A stretch of DNA of 32,000 nt. It comes from Candidatus Kuenenia stuttgartensis. GTDB lineage: Bacteria > Planctomycetota > Brocadiia > Brocadiales > Brocadiaceae. How positions within the stretch are numbered: position 1 is the stretch's first letter; the number at the start of each line of letters is the position of its first letter. The notes below the pieces were generated by a model. The model searched no databases. It saw nothing but the letters and a program-made list of their open reading frames with translations, and was not told the origin of the DNA. The translations under genes were made by a program, and so were the position numbers. Shown piece by piece: positions 18,601 to 26,571 of this stretch. The stretch lies in contig NZ_LT934425.1 of the NCBI RefSeq assembly GCF_900232105.1, positions 4,050,001-4,082,000 on the forward strand. The letters are read 5' to 3'.

Positions 18601-18748
18601 TCCATTGGCAATAACCGGCGACCTGCCAGGAAATGAAATACAAAGCCCAATGGCAATAGTGATATTAGGAGGTCTGCTCAGTTCCACCCTCTTAAACATC
18701 TTCATTATTCCTGCCGTTTACTACATTTCAAATGTGAGAAAAAAATGA
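15629..18748 (+). CDS. CzcA-family heavy-metal efflux RND permease
   Basis: 1039 aa: [77 protein letters not shown]. Confidence 0.95.
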   Translation: [1039 protein letters not shown]

Positions 18749-18884
18749 TGATGATACTTGATATTTAATGGTAAAATCCGAAGTCTTCAGTCTTCAGTCT
18801 GCGATTTTGTACGATTGATGATTGCCGGGTGAGAGGGTGGGTGGGAAAGGATACATCCGGATGAATGGAAGGATGAGTCTCGAT

Positions 18885-19024
18885 GGGAGCATTCCCGATT
18901 TTTTGTAAGTGTTCATGGAGTTGGGGCAAAACAACCCTGACAGGGTTTGAAACCCTGTCAGGGTTAACATACTGTACGTTTTATTAAAACATGGCGGAAG
19001 TCACAAAAAATCGGGAATGCTCCC
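18885..19024. mobile_element. 140-bp MITE-like element with perfect 22-bp terminal inverted repeats and 9-bp target duplication
   Basis: GGGAGCATTCCCGATTTTTTGT (18885-18906) and ACAAAAAATCGGGAATGCTCCC (19003-19024) are perfect reverse complements. AGTCTCGAT is duplicated at 18876-18884 and 19025-19033. Internal perfect 16-bp palindrome at 18933-18965. Confidence 0.92.
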
Positions 19025-19187
19025 AGTCTCGATACAAATATTGCTGAAAAGACCTGTCACAAAATTACAAGGACGTTTCCCACCGTATTGACCTTGTAAT
19101 AACAGAAGTTTTCTTCACTACGAGAAACATATCCCGTAATGCGGAACAATCGCCAATGCTTTTTTCTCATTTATAAAACACGCTTAC

Positions 19188-20027
19188 TTACCGGTAAAGC
19201 AATAGTGGGCAATCAGTATGTCTCATTACCCTTGTAGTCGTGCTGCCCAAAATCATTTCTTGTAGTTTGGAATGTCCATACGCGCCCATCACTAACAAAT
19301 CGCAGTTGTCTTTACATGCATCCTGTATACCCTTTGCATGATCTTTTCCTTCTATTGGAACAATGTTTGGTGTGAGGTTAAGACCATCGAGAAAAGTTTT
19401 TGCTTTGGATAAGATTTGCAAGGCTTTTTCCCTGGTATCATCAACACATAGTAACGTCATATTTAATTCCATGAGTTGTGCCATCTCCGCCCCTATCGCT
19501 AATGCCTTATCTGCAAACAGGCTCCCGTCGTATGCAATTAGCATGTTACGAAAGGGTTTAAATCCAGCAGGCGTTATAAGTACGGGCTTATGTGTTTTCC
19601 GCACAACGAATTCTACGTTTGAACCAAGAAAGACATCCAGCCATTCAGCGTGAACCCCCTTTTTCCCCATAACAATCAAATCATAATTTGCCGATGATTT
19701 TACAATTTCATGATTTACAATGCCTTCTTGTATTTCACGGGTAAATGGTACTCCCGCTTGTATGCACTTCCCTTCTACCTGATTCAAAGCTGCGTCTGCC
19801 TTAGAATCAAGCATTTCCCTGACCGTTTGATTAAACGTCCCATAGGGAACCATACCGCCAATGCTTGTGCCAATGTCATGAATCAAAGGACCCGCCAGAA
19901 TTTTAATATCTTTCACAAATAGTCCATGCACACTCCCATCATTTGTTTTCGCGATACTCACGGCATAATCTGCTGCGGCAAGGCTATTATCGGAACCATC
20001 AGTAGGAACTATAATTTGTTTTAACAT
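19188..20027 (-). CDS. Universal stress protein, two tandem UspA-like domains
   Basis: MLKQIIVPTDGSDNSLAAADYAVSIAK; NYDLIVMGKKG; FRNMLIAYDGSLFADKALAIGAEMAQ; CDLLVMGAYGHSKLQEMILGSTTTRVMRHTDCPLLLYR. Confidence 0.93.
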   Translation of the reverse strand: MLKQIIVPTDGSDNSLAAADYAVSIAKTNDGSVHGLFVKDIKILAGPLIHDIGTSIGGMVPYGTFNQTVREMLDSKADAALNQVEGKCIQAGVPFTREIQEGIVNHEIVKSSANYDLIVMGKKGVHAEWLDVFLGSNVEFVVRKTHKPVLITPAGFKPFRNMLIAYDGSLFADKALAIGAEMAQLMELNMTLLCVDDTREKALQILSKAKTFLDGLNLTPNIVPIEGKDHAKGIQDACKDNCDLLVMGAYGHSKLQEMILGSTTTRVMRHTDCPLLLYR

Positions 20028-20160
20028 AGATAACCTTGATAAAAAAATTTATATTATTTGCCACTAATTACGTCATTAGGGCATTTTACAAAGCACAGAA
20101 GCAATGTGATTATTACGTTGTGATAAATTTTTGTCAAGTTAAAATATGACTTAAAAATTG

Positions 20161-20297
20161 ATAACACTTTATTTTTTAAAAAATTCCAATAATCGCAGTG
20201 TAAGGGCGAAGCATTTGCTGTAAATTGTCATAAGTGCGTTTATACCCAAAACGGGCAAATGCTTCGCCCCTACTTTTTCAAAAAAATAAAGTGTTAT
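20161..20297. mobile_element. 137-bp MITE-like element, second family
   Basis: ATAACACTTTATTTTTT (20161-20177) and AAAAAATAAAGTGTTAT (20281-20297) are perfect inverted repeats; internal GGGCGAAGCATTTGC (20204-20218) / GCAAATGCTTCGCCC (20255-20269). Confidence 0.85.
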
Positions 20298-20553
20298 AAA
20301 GATGGTGAAATATATTTTCCACCACCATCTTTAGCATCTGAATGAATGTCAAAGAAATTCAGACACTCTTCAAGCCCTCATTAAATGCTAATATCGCTCC
20401 AGGAAGGCATATTCATTTGTTGTGTTTTATTTCTTATTTTTGTGGTTAATTTAGGCTTGACATTATGTGCTGCAGGTATATAATTTTTATCGATTTTTAT
20501 TTATTTCTGATTGTCGGATTTAACCTATTTTATAAGCGGGAGAAAGTAATAAA

Positions 20554-20721
20554 ATGATTTTAGAGGCTAATCATTCCACAGATAACCAGTCAAAGAAAAC
20601 TGAGCGTTTATCATTTATCAAAGAGAGATATAAGAAGTTAGTACTTGAGCCAAGAAAAGAAATTGAATTCGAAATTGAAAGATCTCTTGATGATGAAGAT
20701 GGCGCAGTAGAACCTGCGTAA
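20554..20721 (+). CDS. Small hypothetical protein (55 aa), highly charged
   Basis: MILEANHSTDNQSKKTERLSFIKERYKKLVLEPRKEIEFEIERSLDDEDGAVEPA* after a purine-rich gcgggagaaag Shine-Dalgarno-like stretch; below the ORF length cutoff. Confidence 0.45.
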   Translation: MILEANHSTDNQSKKTERLSFIKERYKKLVLEPRKEIEFEIERSLDDEDGAVEPA

Positions 20722-20786
20722 ACAGGCGATGTTATCCCACATACCATTTACATATACTTATTCCGAAAGAAGACTTCGCAGATTTT

Positions 20787-21890
20787 TTAATTTAAAAGTC
20801 CTTCCACTACAATATCGTCTGAAAATCTATAGTGCCTTACTTCTCTTATTTTCAGCGCATCGCAAACGTTTTCAACGCCCTTACCCAGCACCGGAGAGGT
20901 ATCCCCACATCCTCCAATTATGATGGGAGCGATAAATACAATAATTTTATCCGCAAGACGTTCTTTCAGTAATGAGGTGATTATTTTGCTACCACCTTCC
21001 ACCATAATATTGGTCAACCGCATTGACCCCAGTTTTAAAAAGAGTTCTTTTAAATCAACATGATCGTAATCGCCATTTGTTTCTATAACCCGGCATCCCG
21101 ATTGCCGTAATATCTCAACTTTTTTTTGGGGGGCGTTTTTACTCACCGCGATAATTATTTCACTTTGTTGGACAGTCCTGATAAGCGCTGATGTTAAGGG
21201 AAGCGAGGCCCTGCTATCAATAATGATTCTTTTTGGATTTCTCCCCCCATTAAAGCGGCACGTCAATAGCGGATCATCTTTCAAAACGGTGTTAATTCCC
21301 ACCATAACACCGTCAACCTGACTTCGTAATGTATGAACATACCGGCGGGATTCTTCCGACGTAATCCATTTTGAATCGCCGGTGACGGTGGCAATCTTCC
21401 CATCAATCGACATTGCCCACTTTACAATTATATAAGGCATCCCCTTTTGAATTAATTTAAAAAAAGGGGCATTAAGTTTTTTGGCTTGATCTTCCATGAC
21501 GCCCATGCGCACAGTTATTCCCGCAGCCTGTAATTGCTTCACCCCTTTGCCGGATGTAACCGGATTAGGGTCCACGCATGTAGTTACAACCTTTGCAATT
21601 CCCGCCAAAATTATAGCGGCAGCACAAGGCGCGGTTTTGCCATAATGAGCGCATGGTTCCATGGTTACATATAGCGTTGCGCCTTTGCAATTTACTCCGC
21701 CTTCATTTATCGCGTGTATTTCCGCATGAGCGCCGCCATAGTTCTTATGATACCCCTTCCCCACGATTTCATTGTTTTTTACAATGACAGCGCCTACCAT
21801 TGGATTCGGTTCAACCATCCCCCTGCCTTTTTCTGCAAGTTCCAATGCAAGCGTCATATATTCTTCGTCATGTTCTTTCATAAGCGGCAT
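20787..21890 (-). CDS. ribD: Bifunctional diaminohydroxyphosphoribosylaminopyrimidine deaminase / 5-amino-6-(5-phosphoribosylamino)uracil reductase
   Basis: Deaminase motif HAEIHAINEGG plus TMEPCAHYGKTAPCAAAII; reductase region RPYIIVKWAMSIDGKIA-like (MPYIIVKWAMSIDGKIATVTGDSKWIT) and TNIMVEGGSKII. Confidence 0.95.
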   Translation of the reverse strand: MPLMKEHDEEYMTLALELAEKGRGMVEPNPMVGAVIVKNNEIVGKGYHKNYGGAHAEIHAINEGGVNCKGATLYVTMEPCAHYGKTAPCAAAIILAGIAKVVTTCVDPNPVTSGKGVKQLQAAGITVRMGVMEDQAKKLNAPFFKLIQKGMPYIIVKWAMSIDGKIATVTGDSKWITSEESRRYVHTLRSQVDGVMVGINTVLKDDPLLTCRFNGGRNPKRIIIDSRASLPLTSALIRTVQQSEIIIAVSKNAPQKKVEILRQSGCRVIETNGDYDHVDLKELFLKLGSMRLTNIMVEGGSKIITSLLKERLADKIIVFIAPIIIGGCGDTSPVLGKGVENVCDALKIREVRHYRFSDDIVVEGLLN

Positions 21891-21892
21891 AA

Positions 21893-23167
21893 CTATCCCC
21901 GCAATTTTTCTATCAGTTGGAAATAATTAGGAAATGTTTTAGAGACACATTTCGGATTTTTAATAAATATCCCGTCTGATTTTAATCCTATCAAAGCAAA
22001 ACTCATTGCCATGCGATGGTCATCATAGGTTTCTATTTCCGCAGGTTTCGGCATAGAAGGTTCAATCTCAAAACCATCTTCATATTCCGTGACAGATATC
22101 CCCATTTTCCGCAATTCTTTTGCTACAGCGGCGATTCTATCCGTTTCCTTAATTCTCATGTTTTTAACATTTCGCACCCTTGTTTTGCCTTTCACATAAA
22201 CCGCAACCGCCGCTAATGTTTGAGCCACATCAGGCATATCCCCCATATCAACATCTACGCCATGTAATGCCCTGCCGCTGACTTCTATCCAGTCCCTTCC
22301 CCTATCCACATGACATCCCATTTTTTTTAAAACATCGGCAAATTGGACGTCGCCCTGCAAAGAATCTTTTCCTACACCTTCAACCCGCACTCTTCCGCCG
22401 GTAATCGCCGCAACAGCAAAAAAATAAGACGCTGCGGAAGCATCTCCTTCCACTTCATAAGAAATTGTTTTGTACCGCTGTCCACTTTTCACCAACAGTC
22501 TTTTGTAACCGATATTTTCAACAGTTACGCCGTGCTTGCCCATTAAATCAATGGTCATATCAACATAACGCTTTGACACCAGATCGCCCTTCACTTCTAT
22601 TGTCACATCATTCTCTGCATAGGGAGAAACCATTAATAAAGCGCTAAAATATTGACTGCTTAAATCGCCATTCACTATAGCCTTCCCTCCCTTTAACCCC
22701 TTGCCCTTGATGATGACCGGAGGGCAGCCATTGTCAAGTTTTGATTTTACTTCAGCGCCAAGTTGGTTTAAACCCTCCAGCAAATCCTGTATAGGTCTTT
22801 GTCCCATTCGTTCCACGCCGCCAATTTCATACACCCCGTACCCTAACGTAAGCAGAGCGGTAAGAAATCTCATGGCAGTCCCGGCATTACCAACAAACAG
22901 ATTTGCCTTCTCTGCGGGAATACACCCCCCCTTGCCATTAACAATAAATGTATTCGTGTCTTTTCGCTCCTCCACAGGAATCCCAAGAGAATTTAAACAT
23001 GACGCCATATAATGTGTATCATCGCTAAAAAGGGCATTATTTATTGAAGAGATTCCGTCGGCAAGTGCCGTTGTAATTAATGCCCTGTTTGTATAACTTT
23101 TTGAACCTGGAACCCGAATTATCGTGTTTATTCTTCCTGTAACAGGTTTAATCTCAATCACATTCAT
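21893..23167 (-). CDS. aroA: 3-phosphoshikimate 1-carboxyvinyltransferase (EPSP synthase)
   Basis: VPGSKSYTNRALITTALADG; LFVGNAGTAMRFLTALLTLG; VNGDLSSQYFSALLMVSPY; YDDHRMAMSFALIGLK. MNVIEIKPV start at 23167 preferred over the ORF-caller start 23299. Confidence 0.94.
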   Translation of the reverse strand: MNVIEIKPVTGRINTIIRVPGSKSYTNRALITTALADGISSINNALFSDDTHYMASCLNSLGIPVEERKDTNTFIVNGKGGCIPAEKANLFVGNAGTAMRFLTALLTLGYGVYEIGGVERMGQRPIQDLLEGLNQLGAEVKSKLDNGCPPVIIKGKGLKGGKAIVNGDLSSQYFSALLMVSPYAENDVTIEVKGDLVSKRYVDMTIDLMGKHGVTVENIGYKRLLVKSGQRYKTISYEVEGDASAASYFFAVAAITGGRVRVEGVGKDSLQGDVQFADVLKKMGCHVDRGRDWIEVSGRALHGVDVDMGDMPDVAQTLAAVAVYVKGKTRVRNVKNMRIKETDRIAAVAKELRKMGISVTEYEDGFEIEPSMPKPAEIETYDDHRMAMSFALIGLKSDGIFIKNPKCVSKTFPNYFQLIEKLRG

Positions 23168-23501
23168 TCTGACATCCCGTCCGTTTAAAACTTGTTGTTC
23201 ATGATATAATAGATATTTTAATTTTACATCTGATTGACTGCAAACAAACTCAATATAGCAAACATATAGCGAATTAAAAGAAAATAATGCATACGTCAAA
23301 TATTTGAAAAAATATATTTAATAATCGTCATGTTCTGTTTTTCCACTATTTAAAAAGAACCATGACTGTCTGAATAACACATGTTCCAAAATTGACTTTG
23401 TTTCTGTGATTTGATAGAATCCCGCTGATTTTTAAAATACTAATAGGTACGACAGCTTTCTTTATATTGTTTTATTGCTTGGGAAAAATAAAGGTGGACA
23501 A

Positions 23502-25478
23502 ATGAAACATTTTTTAAAAAAAGAAAAGGAATTAAGAAAAAAAGCCTTTGCTGATAAGCAAATTGAGGAGACCGTTGATTTTTTGCGACAACAGGGTATT
23601 GAAACTGTTTGGGGTATACAGGCGGCTTACGATACAAGCCTGTTTGGATTAAAAGACAGGTGTGGATTTGGAAGTCATGGACTCTGTTGCCGAAACTGCA
23701 ACCTTGGTCCCTGCCGGCTGGATAGTGAAGAATTACCTCTTCATACAAGGCTTGCAGCCCCAAAGGTAAAGAGGAGTTCCTGCGGCAAAACGGCTGATAA
23801 TATGGTTGCCGGTATGTTTCTTCAAACGGTGCTGCGCGGCACAAGCTCGCACCTGGGGCATGCAATACATGTGGCGAAAGCGTTTGTCGCGGCAGCTAAA
23901 GGGTCTGAAAATTTCCCAATAAAAGATGAGGCAAAACTTTATGCCGTGGCAAAAGAATTGGGCATAAATACTGACGGCATGCAAATGCTTGATATTGCTA
24001 AGGAAGTCGGTCAAAAAGCGATGGAAGACCTTGTTGGGCAGGGAGAGGGACCTATGAATTTTGCTCTTGCCCTTGCACCAAAAAATATTGATAAACTGGC
24101 AAAGGCAGGCATTGTTCCTCAAAAAGGCGCTGCAGAGGCAATAGTTCAGGGAATCCATAGTACCGCCCAGGGGATGATGAGCAGCACAGACCACCTTATC
24201 ATGTCGTGTTTAAAATACGGGGTAATTGATGTATTGGCCCTCTACATTTCAACACAATTACAGGACATTTTGCTGGGAGTACCCACACCCAAAGAAAGCT
24301 CGATAGGTATGGACGCACTCGATAAAGACAAGGTAAATATCCTTGTACATGGCCATGTGCCGGTACTTTCTGAAATGGTAGTTCATTTTGCAAACAAACT
24401 TGAGGACATGGCAAAAGAGGCGGGGGCGAAAGGCATTAATGTGGTAGGAACCTGCTGCACCGGTACGGAAGTATTAATGAGGCTCGGCATACCCATGGCT
24501 GGTAGCACAATTATGCAGGAACTTGTGGTTGGCACAGGACTGGTAGACGCCGTATGTGTGGATGTACAGTGTGTGTATCCATCACTTTCGTCAATTACAA
24601 AGGGGCTCCATACCCGATTAATTACTACCATGCCTGAATTGCGGATGGACAATGATACCTATATTGAATTTACTCCGGAAAACGCCCATGAATCCGCAAG
24701 GCAAATTGTAGAGGAGGCAATCAAAGCGTATAAAGATCGTTTGTCTGACCGCGTATTTCTGCCAAAAGCCAAGGGGCATAAATTAATGGGTGGCTTTTCT
24801 ACCGAGGTAATGATTGACGTCCTGAAAAAATTAAATGCCCAACAGCCGCTAAAACCGCTTGTCGATCTTATAGTGGATGGTTCTATTCAGGGCGTTGCCG
24901 TGCTTGCCGGTTGTTTGTCCTCAAAGATTCAAACAGACATGAGTTTTGTTATCATGGCAAAGGAGCTTTTAAAGAATAACGTTTTGGTCCTTGCTACAGG
25001 CTGCGCGGCAACGGCATGCGCGCGTCACGGATTACTGACAGGAGAGGCGAAAAAATATGCAGGTGATTCTTTGCGGGGTGTTCTGGAAACAATAGGAAAA
25101 ACCTCTGGATTAAATGGAAGCATCCCCCCTATCCTTCACTTTGGTTCATGCGTGGATAATTCACGCTGCGCTGTATTGGCTTCAGCCATTGCAGATTATC
25201 TGAACACATCCATCGATAAGCTCCCTCTTGTTGCAAGCGCCGCCGAACATGTTGTGGAAAAAGCGGCCGCTATTTATATGGGGGTTATGGCGCTTGGAAT
25301 TACCACACACATTGGTGTAACGCCAAAGCTTGGAGGTTCTCCGTATGTAATTGATATGCTCACCAACAAACTGGAAAGTATCACCGGCAGCACATTAATC
25401 ATTGAAATCGACCCTGTTGAATCGGCAAAAAAGATGATACATCATATTCAAAAGAAAAGAAGGGCATTGGGGATATGA
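23502..25478 (+). CDS. cooS: Anaerobic carbon monoxide dehydrogenase catalytic subunit
   Basis: GLKDRCGFGSHGLCCRNCNLGPCRLD cysteine cluster; HGHVPVLSEMVV; GTCCTGTEVLMRLGIPMAG; CVDVQCVYPSL; VLATGCAATACARHGLLTG; LHFGSCVDNSRCAVLA. ATG 23502 preceded by ggtgg; listed start 23475 is TTG. Confidence 0.95.
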   Translation: MKHFLKKEKELRKKAFADKQIEETVDFLRQQGIETVWGIQAAYDTSLFGLKDRCGFGSHGLCCRNCNLGPCRLDSEELPLHTRLAAPKVKRSSCGKTADNMVAGMFLQTVLRGTSSHLGHAIHVAKAFVAAAKGSENFPIKDEAKLYAVAKELGINTDGMQMLDIAKEVGQKAMEDLVGQGEGPMNFALALAPKNIDKLAKAGIVPQKGAAEAIVQGIHSTAQGMMSSTDHLIMSCLKYGVIDVLALYISTQLQDILLGVPTPKESSIGMDALDKDKVNILVHGHVPVLSEMVVHFANKLEDMAKEAGAKGINVVGTCCTGTEVLMRLGIPMAGSTIMQELVVGTGLVDAVCVDVQCVYPSLSSITKGLHTRLITTMPELRMDNDTYIEFTPENAHESARQIVEEAIKAYKDRLSDRVFLPKAKGHKLMGGFSTEVMIDVLKKLNAQQPLKPLVDLIVDGSIQGVAVLAGCLSSKIQTDMSFVIMAKELLKNNVLVLATGCAATACARHGLLTGEAKKYAGDSLRGVLETIGKTSGLNGSIPPILHFGSCVDNSRCAVLASAIADYLNTSIDKLPLVASAAEHVVEKAAAIYMGVMALGITTHIGVTPKLGGSPYVIDMLTNKLESITGSTLIIEIDPVESAKKMIHHIQKKRRALGI

Positions 25479-25500
25479 TAATTTTCAACACATCAGTACC

Positions 25501-25595
25501 TTAGTCAGCAATCTACAGTCGGCAAATTGCAGATTGAGGACTGAGGATTGAGGACTGCAGACTGTTTTCGTGTTTGTTTGGCTATGGCAGCTTAA
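25501..25595 (-). repeat. Dispersed intergenic repeat, copy A (inverted relative to 29394-29512)
   Basis: Reverse complement reads TAAGCTGCCATAGCCAAACAAACACGAAAACAGTCTGCAGTCCTCAATCCTCAGTCCTCAATCTGCAATTTGCCGACTGTAGATTGCTGACTAA, matching copy B. Confidence 0.75.
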
Positions 25596-25719
25596 TGGGT
25601 AAGAAAGAGGTGTATGATTCAGGCACAGGGCAATCGCATCATAACGGAAATCTTTTTGGTACTTTACAAAAATAATCGTCACCCCATCCGGCCATTCATT
25701 TTTTAGTACCAATATAGTT

Positions 25720-25853
25720 TTAGAAAAAACCAATAGTAGCGATGTTTGCCGCATATTGTAGGGGAGAAGCATTTGCTATAAATTGTTATAAATGCGTTCA
25801 TGCCCAAACCGGCAAATGTTTAGCCCCTGCTTTTCCAAAAAACTAAAGTGTTA
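25720..25853. repeat. Degraded second copy of the 20161-20297 MITE-like element
   Basis: GTAGGGGAGAAGCATTTGCTATAAATTGTTATAAATGCGTTCATGCCCAAACCGGCAAATGTTTAGCCCC and AAAAAACTAAAGTGTTA parallel the first copy; left end is eroded. Confidence 0.75.
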
Positions 25854-26216
25854 CTCCGCATGTCATTTTATTATGTGTAACGTCCCAGTTGAGCGGTACC
25901 GGCTACAAACAGAACCGAGAAGCGCCGCGGCCGAGTCACGGCATCCGCCTCGAACGTAATGTTATACATCTATCTTTGTGGAAATCCTCAAAGACTTCAC
26001 TACTCTATTCCAACCAGAAAGCTTTCTAAAGTGGACGGGTCGGTTCCGGTTTCCGTTCATAATAATCATAATTATAAGTAGGTGACTATGGTCACATCTT
26101 AAATAATAAATATTAAGAAAAGAAATTGGAAAATCTTTACAGGCTATCACGAAATACAATACAAATTCACAAATTTCCTTTTAAACATTCATTGTTTTTT
26201 CCCACCCGCTATTCTT

Positions 26217-26426
26217 TTATGCGAAAATTAACCTGCCTTTAGGTTCGGGAACATGACGTCCTAATTCCTTAGCAGTCTCTAGCCAATCTTTGATAACAAT
26301 TTCAGCATTACTGAGCGCCTCCTGATATGTAGCTCCATCGGCTGCACAGCCTGGCAATTCCGGAACTTCTGCAATGAAGGCATGATCCTCTACGCTCCAG
26401 TAGATAATTATTTCATATCTGCTCAT
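26217..26426 (-). CDS. HicB-like antitoxin (type II TA antitoxin family)
   Basis: 69 aa: MSRYEIIIYWSVEDHAFIAEVPELPGCAADGATYQEALSNAEIVIKDWLETAKELGRHVPEPKGRLIFA. Confidence 0.85.
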   Translation of the reverse strand: MSRYEIIIYWSVEDHAFIAEVPELPGCAADGATYQEALSNAEIVIKDWLETAKELGRHVPEPKGRLIFA

Positions 26427-26491
26427 TTTCTTTGTCTCCCAACTTGTATTTTAATATTATATTGCGTACCTGTTTAACTCCTAAGCTAAGC

Positions 26492-26508
26492 CCCCAGCTA
26501 TGCTGGGG
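26492..26508. repeat. Perfect hairpin CCCCAGC-TAT-GCTGGGG
   Basis: 7-bp arms, 3-nt loop, upstream of the HicB-like gene and close to the IS insertion point. Confidence 0.6.
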
Positions 26509-26571
26509 AGAATGGCAAAAGCTATGCTGAAGTATTTGAAAAAGGAATGAGCTTTTGAGATTATTATTGCT

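Noticed and set aside
23475-25478. CooS as part of a novel gene cluster with aroA and ribD
   Set aside because: Neighbours are ordinary biosynthetic genes on the opposite strand, with no shared operon structure.
25962-26159. 65-aa minus-strand ORF (MYFVIACKDFPISFLN...)
   Set aside because: No recognisable domain or clear ribosome-binding site; likely a chance ORF in a repeat-rich spacer.
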